Source: Hyphomicrobium sp.
Lineage (GTDB): Bacteria; Pseudomonadota; Alphaproteobacteria; Rhizobiales; Hyphomicrobiaceae
DNA length: 35,920 bases
Assembly (NCBI GenBank): GCA_050179995.1
Contig: JBFXEP010000002.1
Coordinates: 1 to 35,920, forward strand
Reading direction: 5' to 3'
Of the stretch, positions 1-8,277 are shown one piece after another (within the stretch, counting starts at the first letter, position 1; every line of letters begins with the position of its first letter). A program made the position numbers and the translations under genes. Under the pieces are notes generated by a model. It saw only the letters and a list, made by a program, of their open reading frames with translations. It was not told the origin of the DNA and searched no databases.

Positions 1-36
1 CCGCCTTCCTGTCCGGCGTACGAGGGAGACCTGTTG

Positions 37-780
37 ATGTTGATGAGCGTGATCGCGCGCAGTTGCGAACCTGTGGCGTTGCCCGAGCTCAAGGGCGCCC
101 GCGTTTTGATCACCGGCCTCACGCCGGCCTTCGGCTTCGATATCGCCCGCGCCTTTGCCGATCACGGCGCGCATCTTGTCATTCAGAGCCCGGACGACGG
201 CCCCGAGATGACGGAGCTCGCCGCGGTGCTGGCGGAGAACTCGAGCGAGATCAGCCTGTTCACGACGGCGCTCGACACGAACGACGCTGCCACGCGCTTC
301 GTGCAGGCCGCCGCGCAGGATGCGGGCTCATTCGACATGGTGGTCAATCTGGTGACGGTCGGAGCTGCGTCGCGGCTCGAGACGGCGGACGACGTCGAGG
401 ACGCAATCTCGGATGCGATGTTCCTGCCGCTGCGGCTCACCGAGGTGGCTGCGAACCGCATGCGGCTCGTGTGGGCGGAGGGCGGCATCCTCAACGTGGT
501 GCGCATGGCGGACGCCGCGGGCGGGCGCGCCATGATGCTTGCCGACATGCTGCGCGCCGAGCTTTCGCAACTGACGCGTGGGCTCGCGCGCCAGTGGGCG
601 GATCAAGGCATCCGCGTCAACGCCATCGCGCCACCGACCTCGATCGCGGTCACGGGTGGCGAGGGGCAGGCGTCGGAAGCGGACGTCGCCGCCACGGCGC
701 TGCAGCTCGCGAGCCGCAAGGGGCGGAGCGTGTCGGGGCATGTGCTCGACGCCGCAGGTGCCGCGCGCCGCTGGTGCTGA
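37..780 (+). CDS. Short-chain dehydrogenase/reductase (SDR) fold protein with degenerate catalytic motifs
   Basis: N-terminal VLITGLTPAFG Rossmann-like motif and C-terminal GIRVNAIAP typical of classical SDRs; GAGGGAGA RBS upstream; no YxxxK at the expected position. Confidence 0.8.
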   Translation: MLMSVIARSCEPVALPELKGARVLITGLTPAFGFDIARAFADHGAHLVIQSPDDGPEMTELAAVLAENSSEISLFTTALDTNDAATRFVQAAAQDAGSFDMVVNLVTVGAASRLETADDVEDAISDAMFLPLRLTEVAANRMRLVWAEGGILNVVRMADAAGGRAMMLADMLRAELSQLTRGLARQWADQGIRVNAIAPPTSIAVTGGEGQASEADVAATALQLASRKGRSVSGHVLDAAGAARRWC

Positions 781-817
781 TCCTTTCCGATATGGCGGCT
801 AATCGAGCGCATGTCTC

Positions 818-976
818 AAGTCCCTCATCCGCCCTTTCAGGGCACCTTCTCCCGTCCCGGGAGAAGGAAGTGCGCGTCATCGCCGAAACGCCCCTTCACT
901 TTCCTCTCCCGGGACGGGAGAGGACGCCCGTCGAGCCGAAGGCTCGCCTTCGGCGAGATGGGCAGGTGAGGGACTT
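818..976. repeat. Intergenic REP-like palindromic doublet (CCCTCA...CCTTCTCCC-N-GGGAGAAGG type)
   Basis: Terminal inverted repeat AAGTCCCTCA (818-827)/TGAGGGACTT (967-976); internal hairpins CCTTCTCCCG..CGGGAGAAGG and CCTCTCCC..GGGAGAGG; nested GAGCCGAAGGCTC hairpin. Confidence 0.8.
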
Positions 977-1027
977 GCCGGATCCCGCTGGTGCTGACGG
1001 TACACTCCTGTCGTCGAGAATGTGGAA

Positions 1028-1059
1028 GCTTGCGTGGGTGCCGGCCTTCGCCGGGATGA
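1028..1059 (+). repeat. REP-like palindrome, left half of the interrupted doublet; contains attL core CTTCGCCGG (1046-1054)
   Basis: GCTTGCGTGGGTGCCGGCCTTCGCCGGGATGA matches the repeat at 27915-27947; sequence becomes AT-rich immediately afterwards. Confidence 0.8.
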
Positions 1060-1109
1060 AGACTTTATCATAAATATCTGTAAAAACACAACATTCTGTG
1101 CTATGATGG

Positions 1110-1180
1110 TCTACACATGGCATGCACAGCATATGAAGAATCAATGGCTTACGCGATTGATCTACACGGAATCTGCACAG
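1110..1180 (+). promoter_or_regulatory. Putative integrase arm-type sites and IHF site, left end
   Basis: Tandem pairs with 11-bp period: TCTACACAT(1110)/CATGCACAG(1121) and TCTACACGG(1161)/TCTGCACAG(1172); AATCAATGGCTTA (1139-1151) fits the IHF consensus WATCAANNNNTTR. Confidence 0.7.
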
Positions 1181-1193
1181 AAACGAGCATATT

Positions 1194-2648
1194 ATGGCGT
1201 TCATTACGGACAAACAGGAGCTAAAACCGGGGCTTATCATCTTCCGCAGGGCAGATGTCGACCACCGCAATTACTATTGCCGCATCAAGCTCCCCAAGGC
1301 CGACCGGTACAAGACCTATTCGCTCAAGACCTCCGATACGCACGCAGCGCGAGAGCGCGCGTTCGACCATGACGCCGACGTGCGATTTCGCCTGAAGCAC
1401 GACGTTCCAGTCTTCAACCGACCGTTCCGGGACGTCGCGAAGGAATACCTCGCCTCACAAGAAGCAAGAGCAAAGCGCGGCGAGATCAGCGCGGCCCGGC
1501 CCAAGAAGCTCAAGGCCGTGATCGAAAGCGCGCTGGAAGCTTATGTAGGCTCGACCCAAGTTCACCTGATCGGAGACGAACTCTGGGGCGGTTACCCCGC
1601 ATGGCGGCGTGAAAACGGCGCAGGCCGGAACAAGCGCAACGGCGTGCGTGAAGTCACTGCTGCCGTTGCGGAACAACTCGCCGCGCGCAACGCTGCAGCA
1701 CAGACCAAGGCGCTGCACAGCCGGGGCATCTATCGCGGCAAGCTTCTTGAGTCCAAATCTTCCGCCGTACTTGAAAGCAGGACCGTCGCTTTTATCAGCG
1801 ACGCCACCATCCGCTTCGAAATGTCGATCTTCGCAGCGGTCATGAACTTCGCGATCAAGAAGCGCTACGTACCGGCGAGCCAGCGCTTCGAAGAGCGCCC
1901 GAAACTCAAGACCATGCGGCGTGACGAATTCACGCTCGAAGAATACCGCAAGCTACACGTCGTCGGGCGCGCGTGGGTCAAGGCATCCAGCAAGCCCTCA
2001 AGCTTGTGGTATCGCACGGTCGCTTACAACATGATCCTCATCGCCTGTAACACAGGCATGCGCCCTTCAGAGCTGAAGAACCTGCGCTGGCGGGACATCA
2101 TGCCCGCGAAAGATCGCGAAGGGCGCGAAATCGTCGTGCTGTTCGTGCAGGGCAAGGGAAAGTCGCGCAAGCTGGTCGCTCCCAAGAGCGTCGGCGAATT
2201 TCTCGACCGCATCCGTGCGATTTCGCGCGCCACCGCGCCGGATGACAGGGTTTTCACGACGACGACCGGAGAACCGGCGAAATCGCTCTACAAACGCCTG
2301 ATAGAAGACGTTCTAACTGAAGCGGCCTTGCGCGAAGGCGCGCATGGCGTCCCCCGCTCGACCTATTGCTTCCGGCACACCTATGCCACGTTCCGCCTGC
2401 AGGAGGGCGTGGACGTGTATTTTCTCGCCGAGCAAATGGGAACCTCGGTCAAGATGATCGAAGACCACTATGGACACGTGAACACGATCAAACACGCGGA
2501 TCGCGTACTGCAAGGCATGGCCGGATGGGACCCGGCTGCCGGATCAGATGAAGTCGACGCGAAGGCCTCGAAAGCGGCGGCCACACGTGACAAGGCTCCA
2601 CGCTCAAAAGGCTCCAAGCCGAAAGGTCAGCGCAACAAGCCGCGATGA
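1194..2648 (+). CDS. int: Tyrosine recombinase/integrase
   Basis: NTGMRPSELKNL (catalytic R), GKGK (K), YCFRHTYAT (box II) and QMGTSVKMIEDHY (catalytic Y); N-terminal arm-binding-like region (YYCRIKLP..SLKTSD). Confidence 0.95.
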   Translation: MAFITDKQELKPGLIIFRRADVDHRNYYCRIKLPKADRYKTYSLKTSDTHAARERAFDHDADVRFRLKHDVPVFNRPFRDVAKEYLASQEARAKRGEISAARPKKLKAVIESALEAYVGSTQVHLIGDELWGGYPAWRRENGAGRNKRNGVREVTAAVAEQLAARNAAAQTKALHSRGIYRGKLLESKSSAVLESRTVAFISDATIRFEMSIFAAVMNFAIKKRYVPASQRFEERPKLKTMRRDEFTLEEYRKLHVVGRAWVKASSKPSSLWYRTVAYNMILIACNTGMRPSELKNLRWRDIMPAKDREGREIVVLFVQGKGKSRKLVAPKSVGEFLDRIRAISRATAPDDRVFTTTTGEPAKSLYKRLIEDVLTEAALREGAHGVPRSTYCFRHTYATFRLQEGVDVYFLAEQMGTSVKMIEDHYGHVNTIKHADRVLQGMAGWDPAAGSDEVDAKASKAAATRDKAPRSKGSKPKGQRNKPR

Positions 2649-2808
2649 CCCCGATACCGCGTCCGGCCCGGACCCTTCAAGCGGGATCGCTTCTCGCCGA
2701 TGCGCCGCTGGCGCTCTTCCCATCGGCGACCACTCCTTTGCGCCTCGTAATGCAGATTACGGCACCTCAACCCTAGCGGGCAGCCTGTGGATAATTAGCG
2801 CCACAACA

Positions 2809-2838
2809 TTGTTCTTGTTTCGTTCGATCTGCTAGAAT
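2809..2838 (+). promoter_or_regulatory. LexA (SOS) box overlapping a sigma70-like promoter
   Basis: GTTC-TTGTTTC-GTTC (2811-2825) is an exact GTTC-N7-GTTC alphaproteobacterial LexA box; TTGTTC (2809) and extended -10 TGCTAGAAT (2830-2838) lie 30 nt before the ATG at 2869. Confidence 0.75.
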
Positions 2839-2868
2839 TGGGTTTTCCAATCTGATTTCGGAGCAGCA

Positions 2869-3438
2869 ATGATTATTGGCGACGCATTATTCATTCGGGG
2901 ACACCTCAGCGCTTATCTTCAAAAAGAGAAAGATGAGCTGCGCAACTATGTCGACCGGGCAATTCGCGATAACCCCTCACTAGACGAGGCTGCGTTGGTG
3001 AAGCTGATCACCGAACGCGGCGCGGTTGCGACGCTCGCAGTCGACTTCTCAGCCCCGACCAAAGACGTGAGACCGATTAAAACGAGTGTGAACGACTACG
3101 GTCGCCACATTGAGATTGACGGCGTCCGCGCGACCAAGACGTTTTCGTTTACCGGCGAACCGATCCTGTTCCAGTTGCAGCCGAACAGCTTCACCTCCGT
3201 CATCCCCCACGGAAGAGTATCGGGCCAGTCGATCATGATCGGCTGGGAAGGAAGGAACGATGCGGAGGCGATCAAGCGCGCGCTCGGCGATCAGGAAAAG
3301 ATGCTTGCCGAATACATCGAACGCCAGCGGGCAGATATAGAGGCCCACAACGCCGGTCTTGAGCAGCGCGTGGCGCGAGAAGTCAAAACGCGCTTGGAGC
3401 ATATCGGCAGCGTCAACCGTCTCAAGGACATCATCTAG
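2869..3438 (+). CDS. Hypothetical protein (189 aa), first gene of putative defence operon
   Basis: GGAG RBS, clean ORF with FSFTGEPILFQLQPNSF beta-rich core and C-terminal coiled coil; 7 nt from the next gene. Confidence 0.8.
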   Translation: MIIGDALFIRGHLSAYLQKEKDELRNYVDRAIRDNPSLDEAALVKLITERGAVATLAVDFSAPTKDVRPIKTSVNDYGRHIEIDGVRATKTFSFTGEPILFQLQPNSFTSVIPHGRVSGQSIMIGWEGRNDAEAIKRALGDQEKMLAEYIERQRADIEAHNAGLEQRVAREVKTRLEHIGSVNRLKDII

Positions 3439-3445
3439 GCCCGTC

Positions 3446-4279
3446 ATGTCGAACCTGCCCGTACCACGCAAGGATGACGACGAAGGCGACTCCAATGCCG
3501 AGCGCAACAAGTGGATGCGCGGCGCGCTGAACGCTGCCGGATCAGCGATTCCTTTTGCGGGCGGCTTCCTCTCCGCTGCGGCGAGTGTTTGGGGTGAACA
3601 CGAGCAGCAGGAGGCGATGAACGCAATCCGCGCGTGGCTCAAGATGCTCGAAGACGAAATGCGCGAGAAGCAGCGCACCATCATCGACATCATGGCGCGG
3701 CTCGACATGCACGATGAAAAGATCGCAGAGCGCGTCAAGTCGTCTGAGTACCAGGCGCTTATCAAGAAGGCCTTCCGGAACTGGGCAGGCACCGAAAGCA
3801 CAAAGAAGCAGGAGTATATCCGCAACGTCCTGACGAACGCAGCGTCAGCGAGCCTTGCAAGCGACGAAGTCGTGAACCTGTTCGTTGAGTGGCTGCAGAA
3901 ATTTTCGGAATTTCATTTTGCAGTCATCGGCGAACTCTACCGCAACCCGGGCTCATCTAGAGCGGACATCTGGCGCAATCTCGGTAAGGGAACGGTGCGC
4001 GAGGATTCTGCAGAAGCCGACTTGTTCAAGCTGCTGATCCGCGATCTATCGACGGGGCAGATCATCCGCCAGCACCGCGAGACGGACTATGCCGGCAACT
4101 TCTATTCGAAGAAGGCTCCGTCGCGCGCAGGCATGGCGCGGAGCAGCGGCCCCAAGCAGATGAAATCGGCATTCGACGATGACGAACGATACGAACTCAC
4201 TGCCATCGGCGCTCAGTTCGTCCATTACGCGATGACCGAAGTGACGACGAAGATCACCTACGATCCCGGTCAAGACTGA
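3446..4279 (+). CDS. Hypothetical protein, Abi-alpha/DUF4393-like architecture (277 aa)
   Basis: N-terminal AIPFAGGFLSAA helical hairpin, helical middle and C-terminal winged-helix-like YELTAIGAQFV; start moved to ATG 3446. Family call is by resemblance only. Confidence 0.6.
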   Translation: MSNLPVPRKDDDEGDSNAERNKWMRGALNAAGSAIPFAGGFLSAAASVWGEHEQQEAMNAIRAWLKMLEDEMREKQRTIIDIMARLDMHDEKIAERVKSSEYQALIKKAFRNWAGTESTKKQEYIRNVLTNAASASLASDEVVNLFVEWLQKFSEFHFAVIGELYRNPGSSRADIWRNLGKGTVREDSAEADLFKLLIRDLSTGQIIRQHRETDYAGNFYSKKAPSRAGMARSSGPKQMKSAFDDDERYELTAIGAQFVHYAMTEVTTKITYDPGQD

Positions 4280-4327
4280 CGGCAGTGTGATGGTTTTCAT
4301 TTTCCAACGACCAGCCACGACGGGCTG

Positions 4328-6628
4328 ATGATGCTGAAAGAAATAAAGTACATCCAGAATGTCGGTCGATTTCAGACCGCAAAGCCAAGCTCCACTCACT
4401 CGCTGACCCGATGCGTTCTCATCTTCGGCGAGAACGGGTGGGGCAAGTCGACGCTCGCGGACGTTCTGCGTTCGCTGGATAGCGGCGATCCCGCCATCTT
4501 GAAGGGCCGCATAACGCTTCCCGCAGGAACACTTCAGAAGATAGTCATCCGGTGCGAGTCCGGCGCTTGCGTTTTCGATGACGGCGCTTGGAAGGGCAAT
4601 GCGCCGCGCATCGCTGTCTATGACAGCTCTTTCATCAACGACAACGTCTTCTCCGGTGACAGCGTCTCCGCCGACCATATGAAGAACCAGTATGGTTTGG
4701 TGGTTGGCGAAGAAGGCGTGAAACGCGTCAAGAAGCTTGTCGCGCTCGATGATGAGAACCGCCAGAACAACGAAAAGATCAGGACGCTGGAAGCCCAGCT
4801 TGGCGTGATCGTGCGGAGCGTTGCGCCTGCAGGGATGACCCCTGATGCGTTTCTCGGTCTGCCTGCCTCTTCGACGATAGATCAGGACATCGCCGCCAAG
4901 GGCGCGGAGGCCGAGACAGCCCGTCGCGCGAAGGAACTGATTGCCGCACCGGTGCCGGAGCATCTACCCGTGCCGACGGACCCAGAGCAGTTTACGCGGC
5001 TTCTGGAGACCGACGTGAAAGGCGTCTCCATAGAAGCGGCGCGCGCGGTTCGGGATCATATCTCGCATCACACAAAAGGCGCTACGCCCGGCGGGCTTAC
5101 GCATGAAGGCTGGATAGAGAGTGGCGTCGCGTTCGAGACCGGGGATGATTGCCCGTTCTGCGGACAGGAACTGGCCGACCGGACGCTTGTTGACGCTTAC
5201 GCCGAATTCTTCGGAGAGGCGTACAAGAACCTTGCGGGTCAAGTCGTTCGAGCGCGAGAGACGTTCGCCCGCTACGCATCTGGTGACTTCCGCCGCGCCT
5301 TCGTCCGCCAGATGGAGAGAAACGAACAGACGATAAAGTACTGGACGGAAGCGAGCAGCGTTCCGCCAGCAGATTTGAAATCGCCCGTATCAGTTCCCGA
5401 CGTGATGGAAGCGGGAGCGCGCGGACTTGATGCGGTGTTCGTCGAAAAACAGTCGAACTTAACCGCTAGCCTCGACCCAAACACCGCTGCGCAAGCCCTG
5501 CAAGATTGGACCAGCGGGCGCGAAGCCGTGATTGCGCTCAACGCCGTGATCGACGAGTACGTGCGCGCAGTTGCGGCGCTGAAGGGCTCGCTCGACCAAT
5601 CAAAACTCGCGAGCCTTGAGGCCCAGCTCAAGACCCTCACCGCAACCAAGCGGCGGCATGAGACCGATGTTGTTGAACTGGCAAAGCAGCTAGAGGCCTG
5701 TAAGGCCCGCAAGGAAGCGATTGCGACTGAAAAGGAACAGGTGCGCGCAGACCTTACCGCGTACGGCAAGAAAATCACCGACACGCTCGGGAAGATGATC
5801 AACGAATATCTCGGGCACCTTCAGGCGGGATTCAGCATCGACTATCAACCGCCGAACTACCAAGGCAAAGAGCCTGCGGCGAGCTATAGCATCCTCATCA
5901 ACGATCATCCGGTGTCGCCCCGCGCCGATGCCGTCGACAAGCCGAGCTTTCGCAATACTCTTAGCTCAGGTGACAAATCCACGCTCGCACTCGCGTTCTT
6001 CCTCGCCCGCGTTAAGTCGGACCCGCTTCTGGCAGACACAATCGTCGTTCTCGATGATCCGTTCACAAGTCTGGATGGCGCGCGCAGGCAGTTCACGGCG
6101 AACGAGATAAGGAAACTTTGCGCGGCCGCGAAACAAGTCGTCGTACTCTCACATGAGAAGAGCTTTCTGCGCCTGCTATGGGATAAGATCGACCACAGCA
6201 TCGTGACCAGCATCGCGCTTCAGACCGGCGCTCCGGGTATGACCACCATTGCGCCTTTTGACATCGAGGCGTCAACGCAGCCCCGGCACATCACAGAGCG
6301 CACACAGATTCAGGAATATCTCGACGGCGAAGAGCATGATCCGCGCTATATCCGCACGCGGCTTAGAACCGTCTGCGAAGACTTTTACCGCAAAGGCGAT
6401 CCCGGCTTATTCAAAGAAGCGGCAAGCCTTGAGGAGATCGTTCGAAGGCTGGACGCCGCGCCCGCCGATTATGTTTACAAGCCCGCGCTCGATAACCTGC
6501 GCGAGATCAACGAATACTCGCGGGCGGACAGCCACGCCAAGGTCGACGGCAACGCCGCAGAAGAGACAACAACAGAAGAACTTAAGGGCTTTTGCCGCAT
6601 GGTGATCGCGCTTACCCGCGGGTTATGA
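4328..6628 (+). CDS. rloC: RloC-like AAA_13 (SMC/Rad50-type ABC ATPase) with zinc hook and C-terminal HEPN-like domain; putative anticodon nuclease
   Basis: Walker A GENGWGKST, coiled coils around a CPFC zinc hook, signature LSSGDK, Walker B/D-loop VVLDDPFTSLD, H-loop VLSH, C-terminal LRTVCE and INEYSRADSH. Confidence 0.8.
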   Translation: MMLKEIKYIQNVGRFQTAKPSSTHSLTRCVLIFGENGWGKSTLADVLRSLDSGDPAILKGRITLPAGTLQKIVIRCESGACVFDDGAWKGNAPRIAVYDSSFINDNVFSGDSVSADHMKNQYGLVVGEEGVKRVKKLVALDDENRQNNEKIRTLEAQLGVIVRSVAPAGMTPDAFLGLPASSTIDQDIAAKGAEAETARRAKELIAAPVPEHLPVPTDPEQFTRLLETDVKGVSIEAARAVRDHISHHTKGATPGGLTHEGWIESGVAFETGDDCPFCGQELADRTLVDAYAEFFGEAYKNLAGQVVRARETFARYASGDFRRAFVRQMERNEQTIKYWTEASSVPPADLKSPVSVPDVMEAGARGLDAVFVEKQSNLTASLDPNTAAQALQDWTSGREAVIALNAVIDEYVRAVAALKGSLDQSKLASLEAQLKTLTATKRRHETDVVELAKQLEACKARKEAIATEKEQVRADLTAYGKKITDTLGKMINEYLGHLQAGFSIDYQPPNYQGKEPAASYSILINDHPVSPRADAVDKPSFRNTLSSGDKSTLALAFFLARVKSDPLLADTIVVLDDPFTSLDGARRQFTANEIRKLCAAAKQVVVLSHEKSFLRLLWDKIDHSIVTSIALQTGAPGMTTIAPFDIEASTQPRHITERTQIQEYLDGEEHDPRYIRTRLRTVCEDFYRKGDPGLFKEAASLEEIVRRLDAAPADYVYKPALDNLREINEYSRADSHAKVDGNAAEETTTEELKGFCRMVIALTRGL

Positions 6629-6631
6629 GCC

Positions 6632-6814
6632 TTAGCGGGGCCGGAAATCCGGCCTCGCAAGTAACCTGCGGATGTTCTGCAGGTTCACGTGTGCGTTGTG
6701 AAGCTCTAACGAGCCTTCTTTCAGGCTCGGTAGTTCGGTTGCGATCTTTCGCAACAAGCCCCAGAGTTCCATCTTCGTGCAGCGGCTCAGTTCTCCTTGG
6801 GTCAGCACTCTCAT
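6632..6814 (-). CDS. Small hypothetical protein (60 aa, MRVLTQGELSRCTKMEL...)
   Basis: GGAGG RBS before ATG at 6814; helical-hairpin-like sequence of a type I recall from rhizobial mobile islands (not verified). Confidence 0.7.
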   Translation of the reverse strand: MRVLTQGELSRCTKMELWGLLRKIATELPSLKEGSLELHNAHVNLQNIRRLLARPDFRPR

Positions 6815-6897
6815 TCTTTCCTCCATCGGTTCCGGCCACGCCAATCGCGGCCTTTCTTGCGGACCGGTTCACGCACCGACGGAAGGCGAGCTGCATC

Positions 6898-6933
6898 GCC
6901 TGCCTGCGCGTAGCCGCTTCGGCGAAGGCAGGC
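6898..6933. repeat. Short REP-like hairpin GCCTGCCT...GCCGCTTCGGC..AGGCAGGC
   Basis: 8-bp terminal inverted repeat with an inner GCCG-CTT-CGGC hairpin. Confidence 0.55.
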
Positions 6934-7468
6934 TTGCGACCGCAACGAAGAGGAGGAGTGCTGCGCTTGGCAGCCACTTGCGGCGATAGCGCCGACAAGG
7001 TGCTTGGGTTTGCAGAAGGAAATGACGTGATTGGTGATGGCAGGTCGTGGAGGACGAGCAGTCTCCCAAGGCCTGAGCCAGTGCTTAGATGATGGAAGCC
7101 GGGCGCGTTCCCAAAGGAACCGGGCTCTATGCCTGACGGCACCGAGCCCCGGCTGCTTCGCAACGCCGTGTCTGCGGCCCATCCGGGTGACGATCCCTCG
7201 CGCAAAGGCAGACTGCAAAGGAGGAAGCGCCTTAAGGCGCGCTCATGCTGGCAGGTATTCTTGCGCCGTTCGCCGGAAACAGGCTGCGCCGCCGCTTTCG
7301 CTGACAGGATGTCTTTTCTAGCATCCAGCCCTTCATGCCGCCTTGTGCTGCGTCCCCCCGCAGATGGTCCCTATCGCCTTTGCCCTTCTCTTCACGCGAG
7401 CAGAGCGTGAGCTTTGCATTCCTTGCCTGATCGTCGCCTTGTCAAGCGCTGTGGCCGTCATTGAAGGT

Positions 7469-7640
7469 CCTTTTGGATCAAGCCGCTCAACCGGAAACAC
7501 GCCAAACCTGCACGACGCGCGCGGCGGTCAAGGCATCCACACGTTTCCCGTGCCGTGACCCTCGTGCGGACCCTCCTTGACCGCCTTTGCTCATCCGCCG
7601 TGCTGATCGGAAGGCGTTAGTTGAGCAACCATCCAAAAGG
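7469..7640 (+). promoter_or_regulatory. ~170-nt imperfect hairpin, Frpo/ssi-like single-stranded-DNA promoter candidate
   Basis: Nested pairs CCTTTTGGAT(7469)/ATCCAAAAGG(7631), GCTCAAC(7485)/GTTGAGC(7620), ACGCC(7499)/GGCGT(7613), GCACG(7510)/CGTGC(7599), GGCGGTCAAGG(7523)/CCTTGACCGCC(7575); TTGACC -35 lies in the stem and the hairpin ends at the RBS of the next gene. Confidence 0.7.
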
Positions 7641-7649
7641 AGAAAGACA

Positions 7650-7880
7650 ATGACGAAGAACACAGCAAAAGCAGAACAGAACGACGCCGCAAAAGGCCCG
7701 GACTACATCGCCTTCCACGTTCGTGAAGGCGAACAGGGCAAAGGCTTCTGGACCCGCATCGGGGCCGCTTGGAAGCACAAAGACGGCGAAGGGCTAAACC
7801 TGCAGCTCGACCTCGTACCCGTCGCTGGCGGACGGATTGTCCTGCGGTTTCCGAAGGACGACGACGCGCAAGAGAAATAA
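7650..7880 (+). CDS. Small beta-rich mobile-element protein (76 aa), DUF736-like, putative ssDNA-binding
   Basis: AAGGAGA RBS; motif FWTRIGAAWKHKDGEGLNLQLD..GRIVLR; aromatic/basic strands and an acidic tail. Confidence 0.75.
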   Translation: MTKNTAKAEQNDAAKGPDYIAFHVREGEQGKGFWTRIGAAWKHKDGEGLNLQLDLVPVAGGRIVLRFPKDDDAQEK

Positions 7881-7974
7881 GGCCAGCATGAGGAAGCGCG
7901 AAAGCGCTTCCTCTAGTCTTGCATACAGCCGTAAGCGCCTATCGTGGCGCGGCGCGTTCCGGCACAATGAAGCG

Positions 7975-8277
7975 ATGGGAAGGCCGTACGGCAGGATAAA
8001 GAGGCAGTCACGGCGAACGCCGCGAGCGCCGAATGACAAGAGCTTCAAGGTCAAGCTGCAGCGCAAGGACGGCGAACCGCTGTCCATGAGTGAAATGCGC
8101 GAAGTGCTGCATGAACTCGCGGAGCGCCTGCTGCCACTTGATGAGAGCTGCCGCGTCAAGCGCGCGACCCTCTATCTTACGGCGGTCGATCAAAACGGAA
8201 GCGAGATCGTGCTGGATGAACGGGGAGAGTGGATTATCAGCCCCTACAGCAGCGCCGCCGATGAGCTGGGTGTCTAG
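7975..8277 (+). CDS. Hypothetical protein (100 aa)
   Basis: Basic N-terminus followed by a compact alpha/beta region; stop overlaps the convergent J-domain gene stop; start uncertain. Confidence 0.65.
   Translation: MGRPYGRIKRQSRRTPRAPNDKSFKVKLQRKDGEPLSMSEMREVLHELAERLLPLDESCRVKRATLYLTAVDQNGSEIVLDERGEWIISPYSSAADELGV

Noticed and set aside
1000-1100. tRNA/tmRNA as integration site
   Set aside because: No cloverleaf, T-loop or CCA end is recognisable at either boundary.
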